From NCBI GenBank assembly GCA_963775425.1, contig CAVZJB010000006.1:160001-224000 (forward strand): a DNA stretch of 64,000 nucleotides. Direction: 5' to 3'. The notes under the pieces were generated by a model that was not told the DNA's origin, ran no database searches, and was given only the letters and a program-made list of their open reading frames with translations. This DNA is from an uncultured delta proteobacterium (GTDB lineage Bacteria > Myxococcota > UBA727 > VGSZ01). Of the stretch, positions 46,697 through 54,459 are shown one piece after another (the stretch's first letter is position 1; each line of letters starts with the position of its first letter). A program made the position numbers and the translations under genes.

Positions 46697-47899
46697 ATGA
46701 CGAGGCACCCCCACGATCTCCGCTGGTCGAGCCCGGCGGTTCAGCGCGCGCGCGAGCGCGAAGAGAAGCGCCAGTTGCCCCACGAAGGCGTGGACCTGGA
46801 CGTCAAGATCGACGACATCGATGAAGCGGGCGTGGACGTCCGGCAGACGGTGCCGGCGGCGTTCGTCTCGGAGCTCCTCGACGACGGCAAGGAGCCGCGC
46901 TGGCGCGGCGGCGGTGACGCGAGCGTCGCGCTGCACCTCGAGCGCGAGGCGAGCTTCGTGCGTGTTCGGGGCGAAGCGCGCTTCGAGCTCGTGCACCCCT
47001 GCGTGCGCTGCTTGAACGACGTGCCGTTCGACATCGCCCTCGACGTGGATCTCCGCCTCGTGGAGCGCCGGCACGCGCCGGAGGTCGAGGCCGACTACGT
47101 CGATGGGGACGCCGTGGACGGCGACGGCCTCGGCGACGCCGCCGACCTCGAGGACCTGAACGTCGCGTCGTACGAGGCGGGCGTCGTGCGCCTCGGGGAG
47201 CTGCTGCGCGAGCAGCTCTTCCTCGATCTGCCGATGCACCCCGCCTGCGACTCTCCGCGCGCGCGGCCGACGGCGCCGTGCTCTTTCGACGAGGAGAAGG
47301 TCTCCGCCAAGGCCCAGGGCTGGGTCGATCCCCGTTGGGCGGGCCTCGCCGCGCTCCGCGACAAGCTCCCCGAGGTGGTCCCGCTGCCCGGCCGCGCCCC
47401 CGTCCCCCTCCCGGGCCGCTCCGCCCCGCCGGCGACCCCGCCGCCGACGCGCGCGACCCTCGCCGCCGCCGCTCCGCCGTCAGCGGCGACCCGGCCGGCC
47501 CTGGTGACGGTGCCCGCGTCGCCCGAGAAGCCGTCGCCGACGAAGGCGTCGTCGAAGAAGGCGTCGTCGAAGAAGGCGTCGTCGAAGAGGGCGTCGTCGA
47601 AGAGGGCGTCGTCGAAGAAGGCGTCGTCGAAGAAGGCGTCGCCGAAGAAGGCGTCGCCCAAGAAGCCGTCGACGAAGAATGCGTCTCCCAAGAAGGCTTC
47701 GTCGAAGAAGAAGGCGTCGTCGAAGAAGAACGTGTCGAAGAAGAACGTGTCGAAGAAGAACGTGTCGAAGAAGAACGCTTCGTCGAAGAAGGCATCGTCG
47801 AAGAAGAGCGCTTCGTCGAAGAAGAGCTTTTCGTCGAAGAAGGGCGCTTCGCCCAAGAAGAAGGCGTCATCCAAGAAGAAGCTGTCGAAGAAGAGATAG
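46697..47899 (+). CDS. yceD: YceD/DUF177 protein with Lys/Ser-rich histone-H1-like tail
   Basis: PCVRCL, LLREQLFLDLPMHPAC and VDPRWAGLAAL motifs, then a Pro/Ala linker and KKASS repeats. Confidence 0.85.
   Translation: MTRHPHDLRWSSPAVQRAREREEKRQLPHEGVDLDVKIDDIDEAGVDVRQTVPAAFVSELLDDGKEPRWRGGGDASVALHLEREASFVRVRGEARFELVHPCVRCLNDVPFDIALDVDLRLVERRHAPEVEADYVDGDAVDGDGLGDAADLEDLNVASYEAGVVRLGELLREQLFLDLPMHPACDSPRARPTAPCSFDEEKVSAKAQGWVDPRWAGLAALRDKLPEVVPLPGRAPVPLPGRSAPPATPPPTRATLAAAAPPSAATRPALVTVPASPEKPSPTKASSKKASSKKASSKRASSKRASSKKASSKKASPKKASPKKPSTKNASPKKASSKKKASSKKNVSKKNVSKKNVSKKNASSKKASSKKSASSKKSFSSKKGASPKKKASSKKKLSKKR
47526..47896 (+). repeat. 15-bp coding repeat (KKASS/KKNVS)
   Basis: AAGAAGGCGTCGTCG units and variants. 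Confidence 0.95.
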
Positions 47900-48087
47900 C
47901 CAACGAGTGTCCACCAAAGCGGATCAGCTTCAGCTCAGACACATCGGCGCAACGCGGTCGAGCTGAAGGACGCTCGGCGTACGAAGGAAGGCGCTGTGCG
48001 TTTTTCGCGGTGTAGCCGTTCGATTTCACCCCGCGTCTCCGCAGGCGCACATCGCGTCCCCGTCGCGGCGGGCGCGTCGATCGCGGC

Positions 48088-48103
48088 TGGCACGACCGGC
48101 GCA
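48088..48103 (+). promoter_or_regulatory. Putative sigma54 promoter
   Basis: TGGCACGACCGGCGCA (GG-N10-GC) about 30 bp upstream of GGAG...ATG 48132. Confidence 0.55.
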
Positions 48104-48131
48104 TCCCTCGGAGCAAATGCGCGGAGTACCC

Positions 48132-48975
48132 ATGGACGGTTTGTTGGTCCCCTTCGACCCCGGTGCATCGTTCGACGCGCCACGTCGCCGACGTGTCGCG
48201 CGCCGTCGCCGCGCGGTCGGGCGCCTGCGCCGCAGCTACCACGGCCGCGCCGTGCTTCACCCCGTCCACGGCATCGCGCTGTTGGCCGTGTGCGTCCTCG
48301 GCAGCGGCGTCGGACTGCTCGTCGGCCTCGCCGTGATCGAGGGCTTCTTCCTCGGGCTCCTCCCGCGGGCCGAGCGGTTCCGCCGCCGGGTCGATCGGGA
48401 GGAGCGGGCGATCGAGGCACGGCGCGCGAGCGAGGAGCGGCTGCGGCAGCTCAACGGGATGCACGAGCAGGAGCGCGTCGAGTACCTCCACCTCGACAGG
48501 CTCGCCCAGATGATCCGCAACCGGGTCGGCCGCACGTCCGCGGCCCGCCGCGCGCTCGAGGATCACATGCAGCTCGACCGCCTGCTGAGCCTCTACGCCG
48601 ACGTCGCGGTCGCGTACGCCGAGGCCGACGACCTGCGCCGGCTCGAGGTCGCGCCGCCGCTGAAGCGACCACGAGGACCCCAGCGAGGCCGCGGACGGCC
48701 CGCGGGTGCGCGCGCTGCGCGAGCAGAGGCGCGCCATCGCGCGCATCCGCGTCACCGTGGCGGCGGAGAACGACGAGCGCCTGCGAGCGCTGCGCGCCCA
48801 GCTCGCGCTCCTCGCCGACATCCTCACGCTCCTGTTCGAGCGCAGCGCCGCCGCCGTCGTCGACGACGCCGTCCTCGAGGAGATCGACCACGCCGTGGCG
48901 GAGGCCGAGGAGGCCGACTCGCTCGTGCGCGAGCTGGCGTCGCTCAAGGATCCGGCCGTCGCGCTCCCGGCGTGA
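48132..48975 (+). CDS. Hypothetical TM plus helical protein, 1-nt frameshift near 48663
   Basis: Removing one A from CTGAAGCGAC joins ...EVAPPL to SDHEDPSEAADGPRVRALREQ...VALPA*. Confidence 0.65.
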
Positions 48976-49056
48976 GTTGTGCGCCTGCGCCCACGCCCGG
49001 CGGCACGCGCGATGCAGCGTCACGCTGGCGGACAAGCTGACGGAGCGAGGTGCCCG

Positions 49057-49425
49057 ATGACGACGACAAGGCGACTGTTTCGCGACGAGTGGCAACCGTA
49101 TTTCGACGACTTCACCAAACGCTTCCTGCGCGACGAACGCGAGCAGACGGTCCAGCTCGAGCTCCTCTCTCAGAGCCTCGGCGACCAGATCGCGGTGCGC
49201 GACACCGCCTTGCGCGGCATCTCCTGGGATCCGAAGGACATGGTCCTCGAGGTCGTCCTCGAGGACGAGCTCGATCACCTCGTGCTTCACCCGAAGCAGG
49301 TGTCGGTGATCGAAGAGGACGACGGCTTCGTGAAGACCATCGACGTCGAGCGTGACGACGGCGCGCACGAGATCATCGAGCTGCGCCGCTACGCGCCCCT
49401 GGTTCGCCCCGAGACCCGGGTCTGA
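49057..49425 (+). CDS. DUF5335 family protein
   Basis: EWQPYFDDFT, LGDQ, LRGISWDPKD and LDHLV motifs. Confidence 0.8.
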   Translation: MTTTRRLFRDEWQPYFDDFTKRFLRDEREQTVQLELLSQSLGDQIAVRDTALRGISWDPKDMVLEVVLEDELDHLVLHPKQVSVIEEDDGFVKTIDVERDDGAHEIIELRRYAPLVRPETRV

Positions 49426-49437
49426 GCCGGGGCAGCC

Positions 49438-50979
49438 GTGCTCGGCCTGCTCCCCCGCGACCTCGACCTCGGCGCGTTGCCGGGGATGCTCGCGGCGCGC
49501 CACGCGAGGCACGCGGCGCTCGAGGTGGACGGCAGGGTCCGCAGCTTCGCCTCCGTCGAGGACGAGGTCGGCAGGCTCACGGCCGCGCACCGCGCGCACG
49601 GACACCTCTACGGGGCGCGCGTGGGCGTGGCGCTCTCCGGCATCGACGTCGCCCTGCACGTGTGCGCGCTCGTGCGGGCAGGGGCGGTGGCGGTGCCGGT
49701 GAACCCGCGGCTGCCGTGCGCTGAGATCCGCGCGCTGCTCGAGGCGGCCGGCGCCAGCGCCGTCGTCGTCGACGATCTCGCGCTCGACGGGGCGCTCGCC
49801 GGCGGCGCCGCGCGCGTGTGTCCGCGGCGAAGACTGTCTTCGTGGCTCGACGCGAACCCGCGGGCGTCGTCGTCGCCGGAGCCGCGCCGGCGGCCGCAGG
49901 CGACGGCGGTGGTGTTGTCGACGTCGGGGACGACGGGCACCCCCAAGCTCGCGCCGCTGACGAGCGCCGACCTCCTCGCTTTTCCGCGCATGCTCGTCGA
50001 GGCGCCGCGGCTCGTCGGCCACCGCCGCGTGCTCTCGGCGCTCCCGATGACCCATGTCGCGGGGTTGCAGGCGCTCTTCGGCTCGTGGTGCGCGGGCGCG
50101 TGCTTCACCCACGTCGACGGCTTCCGCGCCGCCGACGTCCTCGACGTCATCGAGCGCCGGTCGCCCGACGCCTTCGTGGGCGTGCCGACGATGTACGCCG
50201 ACCTCGAGGCGGCCGGCGCCGACGCGCACGACCTCTCGAGCGTGATGCTCTGGGTCTCCGGCGCCGACGCGATGTCCGCCGCGCGCGCGCGCCGCTTCCA
50301 GGAGCGAGGCGCCCTGGTGCGCGCGGGGAGGCGGCGCCTGCTGACGGCGGCGTTCGCCGACGTCTACGGGATGGTGGAGACGGCGGGGGCGGTGGCGGTG
50401 CGCTTGTATCCGCCCGCGCCCCGGGGGCTGCGCGCGCCGGTGGTGGGGGTGGTGCTGCCGCACGTCGAGGCCCGCGTCGTCGACGACGACGGGCTGCCGG
50501 TGGCGCCGGGGGCGGTGGGCTTGCTCGAGCTGCGACGCCGCGTGCACGGCGCGGGCCGCGGCCGGCATGCGCGCGACGCGCAAGCGACGGTGATCGCCGC
50601 GGACCGCTGGCTCGCCACCGATGACCTCGTCAGGCTCTGGCCCGGCGGCGTCATCGCGGTGGTCGGCCGGCGGCGGGAGCGGCTCAAGGTCGGCGGCTTC
50701 TCGGTCTTCCCCGGCGACGTCGAGGACGCCATGCGCGCGTACCCCGCGGTGCGCGACGCCGCGCTCGTCGGAGAGCCCGACGCCCGCCTCGGCGAGCACC
50801 CGGTCGCCCTCGTCGTCGCCGACGGCGCCCTCGACGCCGACGCGATGCTCGCCTGGTTGAAGGGGCGCGTCGCCGGCTACCAGCGCCCGACGCGCGTGGT
50901 CGTCGTCGACGCGCTGCCCCGCACGCGCGCAGGCAAGGTCGACCGCGACGCCGCCGCCCGGATCGCCCACGCCGCCTGA
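49438..50979 (+). CDS. AMP-dependent acyl-CoA synthetase
   Basis: TSGTTGTPK, YGMVET and LPRTRAGKVDR motifs; somewhat divergent core (WLATDDL). Confidence 0.88.
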   Translation: MLGLLPRDLDLGALPGMLAARHARHAALEVDGRVRSFASVEDEVGRLTAAHRAHGHLYGARVGVALSGIDVALHVCALVRAGAVAVPVNPRLPCAEIRALLEAAGASAVVVDDLALDGALAGGAARVCPRRRLSSWLDANPRASSSPEPRRRPQATAVVLSTSGTTGTPKLAPLTSADLLAFPRMLVEAPRLVGHRRVLSALPMTHVAGLQALFGSWCAGACFTHVDGFRAADVLDVIERRSPDAFVGVPTMYADLEAAGADAHDLSSVMLWVSGADAMSAARARRFQERGALVRAGRRRLLTAAFADVYGMVETAGAVAVRLYPPAPRGLRAPVVGVVLPHVEARVVDDDGLPVAPGAVGLLELRRRVHGAGRGRHARDAQATVIAADRWLATDDLVRLWPGGVIAVVGRRRERLKVGGFSVFPGDVEDAMRAYPAVRDAALVGEPDARLGEHPVALVVADGALDADAMLAWLKGRVAGYQRPTRVVVVDALPRTRAGKVDRDAAARIAHAA

Positions 50980-50981
50980 TC

Positions 50982-51017
50982 GGCGACCGGAGGGAGCGGC
51001 CGCGCTTCGCAGTCGCC
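50982..51017 (+). repeat. Dispersed copy of the 30-bp repeat core in a hairpin after a stop codon
   Basis: 50982-51004 is the exact revcomp of CGCGGCCGCTCCCTCCGGTCGCC; GGCGAC...GTCGCC closes a stem. Confidence 0.85.
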
Positions 51018-51038
51018 CCTCGAGGTGGCCCCGGCTCG

Positions 51039-51094
51039 TCTCACGCCGCCTGATGGGCTGATCATCTCTCACGCCGCCTGATGGGCTGATCATC
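51039..51094. repeat. 28-bp exact tandem duplication
   Basis: TCTCACGCCGCCTGATGGGCTGATCATC x2. Confidence 0.95.
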
Positions 51095-51152
51095 GCCCTC
51101 GATGGAGGCGCCGGCGCGCCCGGCGCGGCGGGGGGCGCGCTATCGTCCCCGG

Positions 51153-52547
51153 ATGCGCTCCGCCGCCCTCCCCGTGCTCGCCCTCTTCGCCCTCTTCGCC
51201 CTCCTGGCCCTCCCGGCGTGCCCCGCGCCGGGTGACGCGGCAGAGGGCGAAGGCGAAGGTGAAGGCGAAGGCGAAGGTGAAGGCGAAGGCGAAGGCGAAG
51301 GCGAAGGTGAAGGTGAAGGTGAAGGCGAAGGTGAAGGTGAAGGTGAAGGCGAGGGGGAGGGCGAGGGCGAGCCCGCGGCGCCGACGGTCGTGTTTCCGAA
51401 GGCCGGCATCGACGCGAGCGAGCTGGGTGTCGTCGTCAACACCGCCGACCCCCAGTCCGTCGCCGTCGCCGCCGCCTACGTCGCCGCCCGCGGCATCCCC
51501 GAGGAAAACGTCGTCGAGGTCGACATCCCCACCACCGCAGTCATCAGCCCCGATGACTTCGCCTCGGCCAAGGCCCTCGTCGACGGCCTCCCCGCCACCG
51601 TCCAGGCGCTCGCGCTCACCTGGACCCAGCCCTACGGCGTCGGCTGCATGTCCATCGGCACGGCCTTCGGCATCGCCTACGACGAGGCCCGCTTCTGCAG
51701 CGTCCCCTGCGCGCCCACCGAGTCCGAGCCCCTCTATGACGCCGACACCCACGCACCTTTCACCGACCTCGGCATTCGCCCCGTCATGATGCTCGCCGCG
51801 GAGAGCGTCGACGACGCCACCACGCTCATCGCCCGCGGCGTCGCCGCCGACGGCACGCTGCCGTCCGGCGCCGGCTTCCTCGTGCACACGACAGACGCCG
51901 CCCGCACCGTCCGCGACTTCCAGTTCGACGCCATCGTCTCCGAGTGGACCGGCGCCCTCGACCTCCAGAAGGTCAACGACGGCGTCAACGACACCGACGA
52001 CGTGCTCTTCTACTTCACCGGCCTCGCCAACGTCCCCGGCATCGACAGCGACACCTACCGCCCCGGCGCCGTCGCCGATCACCTGACGTCCTTCGGCGGC
52101 CAGGTCCCCACCGCCAGCGGCCAGATGAGCGACATCCGCTGGCTCGAGGTCGGCGCCACGGCGTCGTCCGGGACCGTCGTCGAGCCGTGCAACTTCGTGC
52201 AGAAGTTCTCCGACCCCGCCGTCCTCGTCGACCACTACTTCCACGGGGAGCCGGTCATCGAGGCCTACGCCAAGAGCATCCAGATGCCGGGGGAGAGCCT
52301 GATGGTCGGCGAGCCCTTGGCGAGCCCCTGGGGCGTGAGCACGGCGGCGTTCGACCCCGCCACCGCCACGCTCACCCTGCAGACCAACCTCGTCCGGCCG
52401 GGCCGGGACTACGTCGTGGAGAGCGCCTCGGCGTCCGGCGGCCCCTTCACGGCCGTCCAGGACGTGCGCGTCGAGATCCACCAGCGCGTCACGATCACGG
52501 TGGAGGACGCCCGGGCCCCTCTGTACCGGCTTGCCGAAGCCCCCTAG
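51153..52547 (+). CDS. TIGR03790-family lipoprotein with (EG)n linker
   Basis: LPAC; VVVNTADPQS; YVAARGIP; PGAVADHLTSFGG; GATASSGTVVEPC; VGEPLASP. EG run at 51243-51371. Confidence 0.85.
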   Translation: MRSAALPVLALFALFALLALPACPAPGDAAEGEGEGEGEGEGEGEGEGEGEGEGEGEGEGEGEGEGEGEGEGEPAAPTVVFPKAGIDASELGVVVNTADPQSVAVAAAYVAARGIPEENVVEVDIPTTAVISPDDFASAKALVDGLPATVQALALTWTQPYGVGCMSIGTAFGIAYDEARFCSVPCAPTESEPLYDADTHAPFTDLGIRPVMMLAAESVDDATTLIARGVAADGTLPSGAGFLVHTTDAARTVRDFQFDAIVSEWTGALDLQKVNDGVNDTDDVLFYFTGLANVPGIDSDTYRPGAVADHLTSFGGQVPTASGQMSDIRWLEVGATASSGTVVEPCNFVQKFSDPAVLVDHYFHGEPVIEAYAKSIQMPGESLMVGEPLASPWGVSTAAFDPATATLTLQTNLVRPGRDYVVESASASGGPFTAVQDVRVEIHQRVTITVEDARAPLYRLAEAP

Positions 52548-52600
52548 ATCCCCTAGAGACCCCTCGTTGCCCCGCTGGACGAGCGGTGCGGGAGGATCTC

Positions 52601-52786
52601 ATGGCGGTTCCCTACGGACGAAAGTCGCGGTCGAAGTCGCGGATGCAGCGCGCCGCGAACATGAAGTACGCGCCCAAGGCGTGGGTGCCGTGCGGGAACT
52701 GCGGTGAGCCCAAGCGTCCGCACTTCGCCTGCGGCTCCTGCGGCGCCTACAAGGATCGCCAGGCGCGCGCCGTCGTCGAAGCGTAG
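52601..52786 (+). CDS. rpmF: 50S ribosomal protein L32 (4-Cys type)
   Basis: MAVP...CGNCGEPKRPHFACGSCGAY; GGAGG RBS; directly upstream of plsX. Confidence 0.95.
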   Translation: MAVPYGRKSRSKSRMQRAANMKYAPKAWVPCGNCGEPKRPHFACGSCGAYKDRQARAVVEA

Positions 52787-52798
52787 TATTCCCTCACC

Positions 52799-53872
52799 AT
52801 GGACGAGCTGCCCGTCGCTCTGGACGCCATGGGCGGCGACCTTGGACCGGCGCCCGTCGTCGAGGGTGCGCTCGCGGCCATCGCGCACGAAGGCGCGCGC
52901 GTCGTCCTCACCGGGGACGAAGCGCAGCTGAAGGAGCACGTCGACAAGGCGGGCGGCGCGCGCGCGCTCGCGTCGGGCGCGCTCACCATTCGCCACGCGC
53001 CCGACGTCGTGCGCATGGACGACAAGCCGGTCCAGGCGGCGCGCCGCAAGAAGGAGAGCTCCATGCGCCGCGCCTGCGACCTCGTCGCCGCGGGCGAGGC
53101 GTGCGGGGCGCTGTCCACCGGCAACTCGGGCGCGATGATGGCGGTGTCCCTCCTGGTGTTCGGCCGCATCGACGGCGTCATGCGGCCGGCCATCGGCACC
53201 ATGGTGCCCTCGCGCTCGGACATCGGGCTCACCCAGCTCGTCGACGCCGGCGCCAACGTCGACTGCGAGCCCGTGCACCTCGCGCAGTGGGCGGTGCTCG
53301 CGAGCGAGCTCGCGCGCCACGGCTACGGCGTCGACAGGCCCCGCGTCGGCCTCGTCAGCAACGGCGAGGAGGACGGCAAGGGCACCGACCTCACCCGCGC
53401 GGCGCTCGCGCTCATGAAGCGCCTGCCGCTCGAGCTCGTCGGCTATGTCGAGGGGCGCGACCTCAACACCGGCAACGTGCACGTCATGGTCACCGACGGC
53501 TTCACGGGCAACGTGATGCTGAAGACGGCGGAGGGCGTGTTTCGCTTCGTGCTCGGGCACGTCCGAGAGGGCTACGACACCGGCGGCCCCGTCGAGAAGC
53601 TCGGCGGCCTCCTGAGCCGTTCGATGTTCGAGCGGCTCCGGCAGAAGCTCGACCCGCGCGAGTTCGGGGCGGCGCCGCTGCTCGGCCTCGCCCGGCCCGC
53701 GTTCATCGCCCACGGCTCCAGCGACGCCTACAGCGTCCGGCGCGGCGTCGGCGCCGTGCGCGACTTCGCGCGCGCGGACCTCATCAAGCACATGGCCGAC
53801 GCCATCGAAAAGACGCTGCCGCTCCTCGACGAGGGGCACGGCGCTGCGCGCGTGGAGAAGAGCGGCGCGTGA
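52799..53872 (+). CDS. plsX: Phosphate acyltransferase PlsX
   Basis: ALDAMGGD, STGNSGA, DAGANVD, NGEEDGKG and DGFTGNVMLKTAEG motifs. Confidence 0.97.
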   Translation: MDELPVALDAMGGDLGPAPVVEGALAAIAHEGARVVLTGDEAQLKEHVDKAGGARALASGALTIRHAPDVVRMDDKPVQAARRKKESSMRRACDLVAAGEACGALSTGNSGAMMAVSLLVFGRIDGVMRPAIGTMVPSRSDIGLTQLVDAGANVDCEPVHLAQWAVLASELARHGYGVDRPRVGLVSNGEEDGKGTDLTRAALALMKRLPLELVGYVEGRDLNTGNVHVMVTDGFTGNVMLKTAEGVFRFVLGHVREGYDTGGPVEKLGGLLSRSMFERLRQKLDPREFGAAPLLGLARPAFIAHGSSDAYSVRRGVGAVRDFARADLIKHMADAIEKTLPLLDEGHGAARVEKSGA

Positions 53873-54447
53873 GCGGTCTGCCGTCCACCCCGGCGGCCGC
53901 GTTGGGCAGCGGCATCTCCGCCGTGGAGCTGCCGACCCGGTTCAGGGTGTCTCACGGGCCAGGCATCTTCGAGCTGTCGTGGCGCTGGCGCGATCAAGTG
54001 ACGTGGCGCGACTTCTACGGGCCCATGGCGGGCCTCACCATCGTGGGCGCGCAACTGCCGAACCTCGTGCACATGTGGCACTCGCCGGGGCTCATCGTCG
54101 GCGTCGGCGCCGTCGGCGGGGTCGTCGCGTACAAGCTCGCGCAATGGCGCATGAACACGGTGACGATCCGCGCCGCGCAGGGGATGCTCACGCTGCGCCA
54201 CGCACCGGTGCCTGCGCCCACCCTCGAGATCGCCGTCGACGACATCCACCGCCTCGCCCTCGCCGCGCCGCCGAAGAAGAAGAGGAAGAACGTCAAGCCG
54301 CGCTGGGGCGTCCTCGTCGAGCTGCGCAACGGCAAGCGGCGCGCGCTCGTCGGAAGCATCCTCGCCGAGGAGCAGGCGCGCTTCATCGCGGAGCAGATCG
54401 AGCAGGCGCTCGGCATCCCGCCGTCATCGTCGACGCTCGCTCCCTGA
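53869..54447 (+). CDS. Hypothetical membrane protein (two TMs plus PH-like domain)
   Basis: GTGA-coupled to plsX; EEQARFIAEQIEQALGI tail. Confidence 0.7.
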   Translation: MSGLPSTPAAALGSGISAVELPTRFRVSHGPGIFELSWRWRDQVTWRDFYGPMAGLTIVGAQLPNLVHMWHSPGLIVGVGAVGGVVAYKLAQWRMNTVTIRAAQGMLTLRHAPVPAPTLEIAVDDIHRLALAAPPKKKRKNVKPRWGVLVELRNGKRRALVGSILAEEQARFIAEQIEQALGIPPSSSTLAP

Positions 54448-54459
54448 GCCCGCCCGGGC

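Noticed and set aside
47095-47874. Antisense FFDDA-repeat ORF
   Set aside because: Mirror of the KKASS repeat; the plus frame carries the DUF177 motifs.
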